64,000 bases of DNA. It comes from Oligoflexales bacterium (lineage in GTDB: Bacteria; Bdellovibrionota_B; Oligoflexia; Oligoflexales; CAIYRB01). The stretch spans positions 22,510 through 86,509 of the forward strand of contig JBGSUI010000069.1 of NCBI GenBank assembly GCA_041736175.1, in the 5' to 3' direction. The position numbers and the translations under genes are program-made. Shown one piece after another: positions 10,443 to 20,441 of this stretch; within the stretch, counting starts at the first letter, position 1, and every line of letters begins with the position of its first letter. The notes beneath the pieces are model-generated. The model worked only from the letters and a program-made list of their open reading frames with translations. It was not told where the DNA came from and did no database searches.

Positions 10443-12137
10443 TCACGACCTCTTGAGCTGCTGGTAGCGAATCCGCTTGGGAGTATCAGCATCTTTGCCC
10501 AGGCGTTCCCGACGATTTTTTTCGTAGTCAGAGTAACCACCCTCAAAGAAGTAGATTTTAGAATCTCCTTCAAATGCCAAAATATGGGTGGCGATCCGGT
10601 CCAAAAACCAGCGATCATGGCTGATCACCACGGCGCATCCAGGAAAGTCCATCAAGGCATCTTCGAGAGACCTTAGGGTGTTGATGTCTAGGTCGTTGGT
10701 AGGTTCGTCAAGGAGGAGGAGATTGGCTTCTTCCTTTAGGAGGAGAGCGAGCTGGATACGATTGCGCTCCCCTCCTGATAGGTCGGCCACGCTTTTTTGT
10801 TGGTCAGGTCCCGTAAAGTTAAACCGACCCGCATAGGATCTAGCATTGACCTCCCGCTTGCCGAGCTTAATCATCTCTTGGCCTCCGGAGAGGACATCAT
10901 AAACACTTTTTGATGGATCCAGGTTAAGGCGCGACTGTTCCATATAACCTAAACGGACGGTCTCCCCGATGGTGATCTTTCCTTGGTCTGGTTGGTCCTG
11001 TTTCGAGATAAGGCGGAAGAGGGTTGTTTTTCCAGCGCCGTTTGGACCAATAATCCCGACAATACCGCCTCGAGGGAGTTCAAAGGAGAGGTTTTCATAG
11101 AGGAGCTTGTCGCCAAAGGCTTTCGCTACGTTTTCAAACCGGATCACAATATCCCCGAGTCTTGGTCCAGGGGGGATCACAATCCGCACATCGTCTTGGA
11201 CCTTTTCCGATTCCTGGTTTAGGAGAGATTCGTAAGCTCCCACCCGAGCCTTGCTTTTGGCTTGGCGTGCCTTGGGAGACATCCGTATCCATTCCAACTC
11301 CCGTTGGAGGGTTTTTCGCCGCTTGTCCTCGGATTTTTCTTCGGCAGCAAGGCGCTTTTCTTTCTGTTCTAACCAGGACGAGTAGTTGCCTTTCCAGGGG
11401 ATTCCATGGCCGCGGTCCAACTCCAGAATCCACCCCGCGACGTTATCCAAAAAATACCGGTCATGGGTGACGGCGATGACCGTGCCCTTGTAGTTTTGCA
11501 AGTGGCGTTCGAGCCAGCTAACGCTGTCGGCGTCCAAGTGGTTGGTTGGTTCGTCAAGGAGCAAAATATCTGGTTCCTGTAGCAGCAAGCGGCAAAGGGC
11601 TACGCGCCGCCTTTCTCCCCCTGAGAGCTCCTGAATCGGCTGGTCTGCTGGAGGGCACCGGAGGGCTTCCATGGCAAAGTTTAGTTTGTCGTCGAGATTC
11701 CATGCGTCGGAGCTGTCGAGCTTGTCTTGGATTTCAGCCTGGAGGGTGATGAGTTTGTCCATCTCGGCGGGAACTAAGTCTTCGGATCCAAGTTTGGTGT
11801 TGATCTCTTCGAATTTGGACAAAAGTCCGACGGTTTCGGCGCAGGCTTCCTGCACCACTTCTTTGACTGTTTTTTGAGGATCAAGCACCGGCTCCTGGGC
11901 CAGATAGCCTACGGAATAGCCACCGGTAAGGTGGGCTTCGCCGATAAACTCATGATCCACACCAGCCATGATTTTCAAGAGCGTCGATTTCCCTGATCCG
12001 TTGAGACCGAGGACTCCAATTTTGGCTCCGTAGAAATAAGACAGAGAGATATCTCTTAACACCTGTTTGCCGGTGGACTTATATGTTTTACCGACTTTGA
12101 CCATGGAGTAGATGATTTTGTTGGGATCGCCGCTCAT
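10443..12137 (-). CDS. ettA: Energy-dependent translational throttle ABC-F protein
   Basis: GAKIGVLGLNGSGKST, LSGGERRRVALCRLLL, GHGIPWKGNYSSWLEQK, ELEWIR, second ABC domain. Confidence 0.95.
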   Translation of the reverse strand: MSGDPNKIIYSMVKVGKTYKSTGKQVLRDISLSYFYGAKIGVLGLNGSGKSTLLKIMAGVDHEFIGEAHLTGGYSVGYLAQEPVLDPQKTVKEVVQEACAETVGLLSKFEEINTKLGSEDLVPAEMDKLITLQAEIQDKLDSSDAWNLDDKLNFAMEALRCPPADQPIQELSGGERRRVALCRLLLQEPDILLLDEPTNHLDADSVSWLERHLQNYKGTVIAVTHDRYFLDNVAGWILELDRGHGIPWKGNYSSWLEQKEKRLAAEEKSEDKRRKTLQRELEWIRMSPKARQAKSKARVGAYESLLNQESEKVQDDVRIVIPPGPRLGDIVIRFENVAKAFGDKLLYENLSFELPRGGIVGIIGPNGAGKTTLFRLISKQDQPDQGKITIGETVRLGYMEQSRLNLDPSKSVYDVLSGGQEMIKLGKREVNARSYAGRFNFTGPDQQKSVADLSGGERNRIQLALLLKEEANLLLLDEPTNDLDINTLRSLEDALMDFPGCAVVISHDRWFLDRIATHILAFEGDSKIYFFEGGYSDYEKNRRERLGKDADTPKRIRYQQLKRS

Positions 12138-12184
12138 AACCGCATTTTCCTTCGTGCTGGATGTTCTTGGGAGGGACTTAAGGC

Positions 12185-12664
12185 CTATTTCTTTTTAAGG
12201 GAGAGAGTTAAGGTAAAAGTGGCGACTGGGTCTTGGCCAAACTTAGAGGGTACCAGGGCCTTGACGAGGACGGGTAGCTCGACTCTTTCGCCCGTTGCGA
12301 CAGCTTGGGACACAAGGTCTTTGATCGCCTGATTTTGTTGGCAGACGAAATGCACATCCCCTTCGGCCCTCTTATGAAAATCGGCTTTAAAATCTTTAAA
12401 AATAAGGGCGATTTTTTGTTTACTGGCCCGGATTTCTTCCATAGCTACAAATCCACCCGCAAGATCTGCGCCGATGGCAAGAGCCCCAAAGTACATGCTG
12501 CGCAGGTGGTTGCGACTGCGTCGGGTGAGCGGGATCACCACGGTAAAGGATTCTTCATCCCAGGAGTGGATCCTCGGCGTGACAAAAAAGAGCAGTGGTA
12601 TATATTTAACGCCAAAATAGCTCAGGCGGACATTGGCCGCGATCAGTTTTTTATCTAGTCCCAT
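12185..12664 (-). CDS. Hotdog-fold thioesterase-like protein (DUF4442/YiiD-like)
   Basis: RNHLRSMYFGALAIGADLAGG, DFKADFHKRAEGDV. Confidence 0.8.
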   Translation of the reverse strand: MGLDKKLIAANVRLSYFGVKYIPLLFFVTPRIHSWDEESFTVVIPLTRRSRNHLRSMYFGALAIGADLAGGFVAMEEIRASKQKIALIFKDFKADFHKRAEGDVHFVCQQNQAIKDLVSQAVATGERVELPVLVKALVPSKFGQDPVATFTLTLSLKKK

Positions 12665-12957
12665 CTGGTGAACTCCCCTACCGGTGCGTAACTAAGGAAA
12701 ATGGAAAATGGAAAATTATTTCAGCCCAAAGTTTCACATTATATTGGGTAAAATGGGAATTCAACTGTTTTTTCCAAAAGTTTTAACGCCACTGCCTGAC
12801 TCATCATGAGGGGACTTGGTCAAATATGAGAAAGAAGGATAGACCCCATTGGTAAATTTCTTGCGGTCAAGTAAACTGATTAACATTAACTTTAGGTTGG
12901 TAAGCGGGTCATTGAGGATTCTTTAAATCCTATTCACTCCTAACGAAGAGCTAAAAT

Positions 12958-14262
12958 ATGTTAACGAAAGCGATTGTTTGTCTGTTTTTGGCCGCCCATA
13001 CCCGTTCCTTTGCCCAAACATCGCCGGCTCCTTCGGCCTCAGCTCCAGCATCGACCCAACCTGCCCCCGCCGCCCAAGACGAGGTCAAGAAACTGCGGGA
13101 ACAGCTCAAGACAGAAAAAGACGCCCGCAAAAAAGCGGAGCAAAAATCGGAGGATCTTCAACAAAATCTTAAGGACACTGCGGCAGAGTCCAAAGCAGCA
13201 GTCGAAAACGCTAAAAAAGACGCTCAAAATAAAATAAAAGAGGGTCTCAACCAATTTAAATACATCAATGTTTCTTTTGGAGTCTTGCCAAACGAAGACA
13301 AAGATATCAACAACTATAGTCAGATTTCACTCAATTATTCGCCAGTTTTACAGAGCAGTCTGACTTACTACTCAAGGACCACGGCGCTTTTAAAAAAAGA
13401 GAATACCTCCACCACCGACCCAGCCACCGCTGACACCCCAGAGATCACTCTGAACACAGAATCAGAGGAGTCATCTGCCACAAAGCGGACCGACTTTAAC
13501 ATTGACTTGCTTCGCTATGCCCCTGGTCAATTTAAATTCGGTAAAGCAAAGGTGCTGCTCAGCTTGGCAGTCGGCGCTATTTACTCGGACTCCAAAACGG
13601 AGACCAATATCTCCCAAAAAAATTCCCATATCGATCCAGCAACCAAGCGACCCAAAAACATCCCCGTAAGCGGAGCGAGGACCGAATCGGCCAAATCTCT
13701 GCTCCCCCAGATCGTCGGCGAATTTAAATACCAGGCACCCTGGGCCCTTGTGCGTCTTTCTGGTGGTGGGATTGTCCTAAGTCGAGACAAAAAAGAGTTT
13801 AAGCAAACGGGGGCCATCTTGTTTCCCTCCGAAGCACCCGACCCTAAAACCAATACACCCTATAAAGATTCTGTTTACAGTGAATACGAAATCAACTCGG
13901 GAAATGCCTTTACGGCAAGTGGGTATAAACTTGGCGCCGAAGTCGAGTACCATTCCAACCAGTTTGGTGGATTCGGATTGCACTTTGACTATCTCGAAAA
14001 ATTTGGTGACACCAAAGGATTTGACCCCAAAGTGAATATGGCAAAGGCCATGTTGGAACTCGAAGTTAAAGATGTCTACGAAGAACGCGCCACCATGCAG
14101 CTCTCGGTCTCCCACTCCATGGATTATATCGGTCACCTAGGGGTGACACCCGTACTTCGCTTTAACAGCAATACGGACCGGCTGATCAAAACCCCTAAGG
14201 AGGGTCCACGGGTAGATACCAAAGCCAAGAGTTACGATTTTGGGGTGATTTTTAAGTATTAG
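12958..14262 (+). CDS. Putative outer-membrane beta-barrel protein with N-terminal coiled coil
   Basis: Signal peptide, Pro/Ala linker, charged coiled coil, amphipathic strands, terminal YDFGVIFKY. Confidence 0.6.
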   Translation: MLTKAIVCLFLAAHTRSFAQTSPAPSASAPASTQPAPAAQDEVKKLREQLKTEKDARKKAEQKSEDLQQNLKDTAAESKAAVENAKKDAQNKIKEGLNQFKYINVSFGVLPNEDKDINNYSQISLNYSPVLQSSLTYYSRTTALLKKENTSTTDPATADTPEITLNTESEESSATKRTDFNIDLLRYAPGQFKFGKAKVLLSLAVGAIYSDSKTETNISQKNSHIDPATKRPKNIPVSGARTESAKSLLPQIVGEFKYQAPWALVRLSGGGIVLSRDKKEFKQTGAILFPSEAPDPKTNTPYKDSVYSEYEINSGNAFTASGYKLGAEVEYHSNQFGGFGLHFDYLEKFGDTKGFDPKVNMAKAMLELEVKDVYEERATMQLSVSHSMDYIGHLGVTPVLRFNSNTDRLIKTPKEGPRVDTKAKSYDFGVIFKY

Positions 14263-14385
14263 GAGCCCACCAAAAGATGGCACCATCAATACATTTATCC
14301 TAAAATTTAGAACAAAGGAGATCCTTTTTTCCAAAATTTTGGTAAAATGTATATGGTGTCGTGGCCCCGAACTGGAACAGACTGC

Positions 14386-15735
14386 ATGTATATACCAAGA
14401 ATGATTGAGAATAAAATTTCAACCCACTTTCTAACCTACGAAGGAGGGGCCAGCCACCCCGAAGTCGCAGTGGTCGAGGGGATTGTGGGGGTTGGTAAGA
14501 CGACGACCATTGCCCAAATCCTCCAACAAAAGGGTTTTAAGGAAAGATTCACTGTTTTCCAATTTAATATGGATGAAACCGTAAATAGGATGAACGTCCG
14601 GGACGACAGTGCTTTTTTTTATAACTTTGTGAGGGCTAAAACCACGGCTCTCGAAAAAACACTGATATTTATCGACGAAGCACAAAAATCGGAAGAGATG
14701 TTTGAAGCTGTTAAAGTGGCTTGGGACAAGGGTATTCACTTTATCCTGACTGGTTCAAATCCACACTATATGAAAACAAAAGCTAAAAGTGCCTTGCAAC
14801 GGAGGTCCCGCCATTTTGACTTAAAGCCATTATCACTTCTCGAAATTCTCTCCCACCAGGGGTGCTTTGGCAAAGACTTTGATCTATCTAGCCATCAAGG
14901 TATTTTTCTTTCTTATGTCTATGGGGAAATTACGATTCAAGGCCTCAAAGATTACCTTTCGACCCTGCCGTTATCATTGAGCCAAGGTATTTTGAACTCG
15001 ATAGAGCTCTATCTGTTAAGGGGCGGTATTCCGCTTAGCTATCTGTCAAAAACCAGGGCAGGGAGCTACGAATCTCTAAGGGCAGTGGTCGAGAGGGGGT
15101 TCGAGTTGATTGAAAAGGATAGTCAAAATATTTTTGATGATGTTACCTACGAGCTTTCACTCTTAAGCAGTCATGAATTCACTTACAAAAATATCCTTCG
15201 CAAACTTCGTTTAAAGAAGAGGGATGCTGTCAATACAGTCATAAACTATTTGATAGGACATGGTTATCTTACCGAAAAGAGACCCTATATTTCAGATCAA
15301 GGATTTGGGTCATATCATGTTGTTTATTCTATGATAGACCCAGGAATCGTAAGCTATTTTTGGCAAAAAGATATCTTGAGCAATGAAGAAAAGGGTGCTC
15401 TCATCGAAAGCTACCTAGCAGCCCGATTAGAAAATATTTTTCTCAACGGCTTTAAAAAACACAAATTGAGTTACTATAAGCCATATAAAATGAGAATCGA
15501 AATGGGAGAGCAAAAACTTAGGTTTGAAGATGGAGAAATCGACTTTGTATTAAACTTTGGCCAGTCGGACCCCGTAGCTTGCGAGGCCAAATACGGCGAA
15601 AATATCACTATATCTGATGTGCCTCTTCTTGCTAAAATGGCTCGCGATGGAACATTTGCACGCCCCATTGTTTTCTATAAAGGCGTCCCAAGGATTGAAA
15701 GCGGGATATTATTTTGGCCCTATTGGTTGATCTGA
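14386..15735 (+). CDS. AAA+ ATPase (AAA_14) with C-terminal DUF4143 nuclease-like domain
   Basis: Walker A GIVGVGKTT, Walker B FIDEAQK, LTGS, RGGIP, DPGI, EIDFV...CEAK. Confidence 0.85.
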   Translation: MYIPRMIENKISTHFLTYEGGASHPEVAVVEGIVGVGKTTTIAQILQQKGFKERFTVFQFNMDETVNRMNVRDDSAFFYNFVRAKTTALEKTLIFIDEAQKSEEMFEAVKVAWDKGIHFILTGSNPHYMKTKAKSALQRRSRHFDLKPLSLLEILSHQGCFGKDFDLSSHQGIFLSYVYGEITIQGLKDYLSTLPLSLSQGILNSIELYLLRGGIPLSYLSKTRAGSYESLRAVVERGFELIEKDSQNIFDDVTYELSLLSSHEFTYKNILRKLRLKKRDAVNTVINYLIGHGYLTEKRPYISDQGFGSYHVVYSMIDPGIVSYFWQKDILSNEEKGALIESYLAARLENIFLNGFKKHKLSYYKPYKMRIEMGEQKLRFEDGEIDFVLNFGQSDPVACEAKYGENITISDVPLLAKMARDGTFARPIVFYKGVPRIESGILFWPYWLI

Positions 15736-15793
15736 AAATGAGTCGCAGTCAGTAGTAGACGGATATGCCGCGCAATCAAAGTGTTAAAAACCC

Positions 15794-17437
15794 CTATTGT
15801 TTGGTCGCCAGCACAGCAAGTGGATCGTAAACCATATCGGAAAGATCAAGTTTTTCTTCGATATCTAAAGTACATCCATAAGCTTTTGCTGGTTTAAGTC
15901 TTGGAAAAACCTCTTTTGGAAGCTTTAGCTGAAGGTTTTTACCGTTGGCAATACAGCTTGAGAAGGCTAAGTTTTCCCACTCGATCTTGGTGTCTTTAAG
16001 GTAAGGATAGGCACCCATAGTCTCTAGCACCCGTGCGGACCTAATCCAAACGGTTTGCGCCCGGGGGAAGACTCGAGCGACGTGAGGAATATCGATTCCC
16101 TCGAGAGAACTGGAGTCAGGGATACAGGGTCCCCCCTGCTTATGGTCTTGGGACTCCATAACAAGATACCTTATGCCCCCAAGGGGCTCTAGCCGGGGAA
16201 GCACTATCTTTGCATAGGCGGTCTGAAGGCGCAGCCTATTGATTCCGAAAAGATTTAATTCTTGTAAAAATTTATTCAATAAATCTATCATTTCGATCTG
16301 GCTTTTGCCATCAATTTTTTCAGATTTCCACGTAAAAGGAGTCAACCTTGGCAAGGTATCATCGATAACACTAACAGAGTCTATATTAGGGAAAACCCGC
16401 TTCAAATATCCAGAACCAGCTTTAAACAGCCACGAAGTTGACACAATAACATGTCTTATCCTTTGACGGACGGTTAGCTTAAGGTTTTCTTCTAAGTCCT
16501 TATGAGGGATCCCATCCACCTGCAGACCAACGATATTTGTTTTTGTATCAAACATCGCATTGAGATCATGGATAGATGGGGGAAAGCTTGCTGAAAACCC
16601 ATATAATATCCGGAGATCTTCAAACAAATAAAAGTTATTAAACAGTGGAATTATAAAACTTCTATTTTCCCAATACCCATTAGAAACTTTAAGGCCACGA
16701 ACCTGGGATGCCGTCATGCATGATATAGAATCAAAGGAATCGATGGTGCGATCCGGGCTAAGGAGTTCGTTTTCTTTTAAAAGTCTAAACACCGCGGTTT
16801 TGTATTCGTGAGTGGGGAACCTGATTTTTTTTATGCCTAAAGAAGAGCCAACGGACGTCGTGGTAATATCCACTCGTGTCTCCAATTGCTGATGCCATTT
16901 TTCTAGGACTGCCAAAAGTGGGATGGTTTCAGGATTATAATTTAGTAATTTGCGCCAGGAAACCCCCCTCAGGATGTTGGGTATGTTTGATAATCTCTTA
17001 TCGTCATGCTGGGGGTCTTCAGGAATTTTTCCTGCAGCAGCGCTCTGTAAAGCAGCAAAAATGACTGCTGGACTTATGAATGATTTGTCAACAAAACAGG
17101 GTCTATCTGCCATAGATGTCAGATCTCCCTTTTGGTTTGCCAAGATTTCAAGCAAAACGCTTTTGAGCAATTCAGGAAGCTCTCCCTGTACAGTCGGTAG
17201 TTTATACAAATCACCACCGGTGTTTGGCGATGGATCGAAAACATTTTTTCGCACATAGGCTAATCCAGTAGCTCTTATTTTAAGGGCAAGGGGCGACATA
17301 CTATCTGGATCTTCGCTCCCTAGAAGGCTTGATTCACTTTTTGTAGAAGGTTTGGTCTTGGTTACCTGTTGTATACATCCTGACAGTATGAGGATGAAAC
17401 TGAAAAGAACCTTCTTATGTCTAAAGGGATAAATCAT
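15794..17437 (-). CDS. Hypothetical lipoprotein
   Basis: Lipobox LSGC; 547-aa AT-rich ORF; no family recognised. Confidence 0.65.
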   Translation of the reverse strand: MIYPFRHKKVLFSFILILSGCIQQVTKTKPSTKSESSLLGSEDPDSMSPLALKIRATGLAYVRKNVFDPSPNTGGDLYKLPTVQGELPELLKSVLLEILANQKGDLTSMADRPCFVDKSFISPAVIFAALQSAAAGKIPEDPQHDDKRLSNIPNILRGVSWRKLLNYNPETIPLLAVLEKWHQQLETRVDITTTSVGSSLGIKKIRFPTHEYKTAVFRLLKENELLSPDRTIDSFDSISCMTASQVRGLKVSNGYWENRSFIIPLFNNFYLFEDLRILYGFSASFPPSIHDLNAMFDTKTNIVGLQVDGIPHKDLEENLKLTVRQRIRHVIVSTSWLFKAGSGYLKRVFPNIDSVSVIDDTLPRLTPFTWKSEKIDGKSQIEMIDLLNKFLQELNLFGINRLRLQTAYAKIVLPRLEPLGGIRYLVMESQDHKQGGPCIPDSSSLEGIDIPHVARVFPRAQTVWIRSARVLETMGAYPYLKDTKIEWENLAFSSCIANGKNLQLKLPKEVFPRLKPAKAYGCTLDIEEKLDLSDMVYDPLAVLATKQ

Positions 17438-17455
17438 TGGTTAGTGGATTCCTTG

Positions 17456-18643
17456 TTATTGGCCTGACTTTTGGATGGCCGTTAGTTTGATGTCCTCACA
17501 TTCTATTTTTTGATTTTCAATATTTAATACTGTTAAAATAAGACCCATCGTTCCACTCTGGACCAACTTGTTGGTGGCCTTTAAGTTTGTACCGCAAAAC
17601 GTTATGCTTTGGGATTGGAACAAAGTACCCGCAGTAAAAGGACAATGGAGTATGCTACTGACCAGCCATCCGCTTTTTTGGGTGGCGACGATTTTTTGGG
17701 TGACATGGTCTTCAAAGGGGTTTTGTGGGTTTCCTGCGGGGCAGGCTTTGATGTCAAAGTCTTCATAAAGCTTAAAGGAGTTAGTTCCATGGATAAATTC
17801 TGCTTTAGTCCCTATCTTAAATTCACGACAGCTATCCATATTTGTATATGGAAAGGGAATCAATAGGAACGCCCCTAACGTTAAGCCTTGGCCACTTCTT
17901 CCGGGCTGTATCCGAATTTTGAAAATATCACCCTTAGAACCTTTATGAACCGACATACGGCAAATTTCTTCGCTTTTTTTGAGCTTGCCCTCAAAAATCT
18001 CAACCACTTCCTCAAGACTTTCGTGGTCAAGGTATAGTGTCGAGATTCCTGGCGCTCTCAGGAAAGGATTTACAGCCCGTGCAAACGTGGGAAGACTTAA
18101 AATGTCGACTCCCTTACTTAAGATTGTCATTCCTTCTACAATCAAGTCTCTATTTGGTCCGTCTACATCGTTTTTAAAATAGACTTTTAAAGGACTTTTA
18201 TTGGAATCGATCCAAATAATCTCTAGGTAAAATGGATGAGGTTCCCATTGGGTTCCAGAAAAAACACTGGCAATTTTAGGAACTTCTTTCAATTTATAAA
18301 ATCTAAATAGTGCTCCCCATTTAGGATTTTGGGAATCTTTGACCTCAAAGGTCCAATAATTCTCCTGATCACTCGTTTCTCTAAGGAGGACCTGAATGGT
18401 GCCTTCGGTTTTGATACGGTCCCCAGTGACCATCTGGACTTGGTAAGTCGCTAGGCTTGCTTGGTAGGCCGACACAAAACTACACTTATAAAGCCTGCCT
18501 CCTTGGGGGGTGTTAAGTGTAGAATTACTTGGCACTTTTTTTAATCCATAAGTGCAAGAAGCGAGTCCAATGAAGGAAAAAAGAACAAGACTAAATAAAA
18601 GTTCTTTGAAATACAGCTCATAAAGCTTTTTATGTCGATTCAT
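17456..18643 (-). CDS. Hypothetical lipoprotein
   Basis: Lipobox LASC; 395-aa ORF. Confidence 0.65.
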   Translation of the reverse strand: MNRHKKLYELYFKELLFSLVLFSFIGLASCTYGLKKVPSNSTLNTPQGGRLYKCSFVSAYQASLATYQVQMVTGDRIKTEGTIQVLLRETSDQENYWTFEVKDSQNPKWGALFRFYKLKEVPKIASVFSGTQWEPHPFYLEIIWIDSNKSPLKVYFKNDVDGPNRDLIVEGMTILSKGVDILSLPTFARAVNPFLRAPGISTLYLDHESLEEVVEIFEGKLKKSEEICRMSVHKGSKGDIFKIRIQPGRSGQGLTLGAFLLIPFPYTNMDSCREFKIGTKAEFIHGTNSFKLYEDFDIKACPAGNPQNPFEDHVTQKIVATQKSGWLVSSILHCPFTAGTLFQSQSITFCGTNLKATNKLVQSGTMGLILTVLNIENQKIECEDIKLTAIQKSGQ

Positions 18644-18696
18644 TTTTTTGTTGCCTTAAAGAGATGCTGATTCTCGGTTCCGATCAGCGAGGAATC

Positions 18697-18712
18697 AGCA
18701 ATAAATGTGCCA
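18697..18712 (-). promoter_or_regulatory. sigma54 -24/-12 promoter
   Basis: Minus strand TGGCACATTTATTGCT matches consensus TGGCAC-N5-TTGC, 54 bp upstream of the 18643 start. Confidence 0.75.
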
Positions 18713-18779
18713 TCATGGTGTTTGGCGGGCGCCATGGGGAATCGTAGGTGTCTTTTAGGACCTCTAATTTTAAAGAAAA

Positions 18780-19361
18780 TTAAATAAACTTAGCAAGATA
18801 CAATTCGTCGACCCATTGGCCTTCGATTCTAGCGGCTTTGGTGCGAGTCCCTTCCACGGTATAACCGAGGCGCCTATAAAGGTTATAAGCTCGGGTGTTT
18901 TCGCTTCGGACAAGGGCTTCCATCTTGGAAATGCCTATTTTTTGAGCATATCTTTCCATGATGGATAGCATAGCACTCCCGATACCCTGGCCCCACCAGC
19001 TTTTTTCGATCATCATGCCAAAGCTCCCTAGATGCTGGTACCAAGGGTGGTTGGTATAGGGTAGATGAAAGGCGGCTGTGCCCACAAGTCTTGTCTCGAC
19101 GGGCCATTCATCTGAGAAATTCATATGGCAAAAGGCCCCTAAACACAGACTTTTTGCATCGTTAGAGAGAAACTCTAGTTTTTTGCTGGTCTCAGTGGGA
19201 CTGCTGTAAGTCTCGTCGACATGGCGCATGGTGTGGTTTGATTCTAGCGCCACCTGCCGGTAGTGCTTGAGGAGCCTCGGACCATCCTCTGGACATAGGG
19301 TTCGGATGATCACAACCCCCTTATTTTTAGTTTGATGGGATATGGTTGCGAATTTTGCCAC
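18780..19361 (-). CDS. GNAT family N-acetyltransferase
   Basis: WWGQGIGSAML, ENTRAYNLYRRLGYTVEG. Confidence 0.9.
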   Translation of the reverse strand: MAKFATISHQTKNKGVVIIRTLCPEDGPRLLKHYRQVALESNHTMRHVDETYSSPTETSKKLEFLSNDAKSLCLGAFCHMNFSDEWPVETRLVGTAAFHLPYTNHPWYQHLGSFGMMIEKSWWGQGIGSAMLSIMERYAQKIGISKMEALVRSENTRAYNLYRRLGYTVEGTRTKAARIEGQWVDELYLAKFI

Positions 19362-19492
19362 GATCTTTGATCCCTCTAGCTTCGAGTTTTGGAGAACCTA
19401 CTGCGGTCTGCCTCAAACCACAATGGTCTATTATTTAGGCCCAATTGGATGATCTCAAAATAAGTCCTCGAAATTATGTTTATAAAAATAGT

Positions 19493-20155
19493 TTAGCTTT
19501 TATCGGGCTTTTCACAAAGCGAGTCTTCATGGATCATGCGGTGGATCGTCCCCACACTAAGTTTTAGTTGTTGAGCGATCTCTTTAAAGGTCTTACCTTC
19601 TTCTTTGAGGATCGTGGCTCGGTTTTTCAAATCAAGATTGGTTTTGATAGGTGCTCCTAATTTGACTCCCCGCTTCCGGGCGGCATCCAGTCCCGCCCGT
19701 ACCCGAGCGACGATAGTCTCACGCTCGATCTCGGCGATTTCGGCAAAGGCAGCCAGCATGGTCCGCCTAAAGGGGTTTTCATGGCCCAGGTTTAGGACGG
19801 GTTGAGTCACAGAGATAAAGGCTACTCCAGCTTCATCTAGGTCAAGCAGCAGCCGAATGGCCGTCGTGGCATGCCGGCTAAATCGGTCAAGTCGATAGCA
19901 AATGATGGTGTCTAATTTGCCAGTCCTGGCATCTATGAGAAGTGCCTGAAAACCTGGGCGGTTGAGTGTCTTTCCGGAGATCCCTTCGTCTTGATAAACG
20001 GTGGTCGATTGGGGGCGACGCTCTTCCGGCAGGGCCTCAAGCCAACCTTGGACAGTATTTATTTGACTGTCTAAATCTTGTCGATCTGTCGACACACGGT
20101 AGTAGACAGCCACTTTGCCAAGACCATGGGGTCTGGAGTTGGGTTTTTTTGACAT
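19493..20155 (-). CDS. Small serine recombinase (resolvase/invertase) with C-terminal HTH
   Basis: YYRVSTDRQ (catalytic Ser), YRLDRFSR, AEIERETI, GVKLG, HTH EIAQQLKLSVGTIHR. Confidence 0.92.
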   Translation of the reverse strand: MSKKPNSRPHGLGKVAVYYRVSTDRQDLDSQINTVQGWLEALPEERRPQSTTVYQDEGISGKTLNRPGFQALLIDARTGKLDTIICYRLDRFSRHATTAIRLLLDLDEAGVAFISVTQPVLNLGHENPFRRTMLAAFAEIAEIERETIVARVRAGLDAARKRGVKLGAPIKTNLDLKNRATILKEEGKTFKEIAQQLKLSVGTIHRMIHEDSLCEKPDKS

Positions 20156-20441
20156 AGGAATCCCTTAAATGGCCGATTGATCCGTTGTCTAAATCTAGGA
20201 TATTTTAGAATACATACATGAATTTAGAAAGATACTATACCAGTCACCAGCACATTTCTGACATGAGGTGCGCCCCATCAGATTACCATTTGCACGATTT
20301 TATCTTCCTGAAAAAGGTAAAAATCTTAAGATCCAAATCAAAAGCGCTCCGATGGCTTTATACTTCAAATTTGGTCTAGTGCCAAAGATTTAGAGTCAAC
20401 CTTCGATTTATTGAATCCATTGGTCTACCGATACCTTCCCT

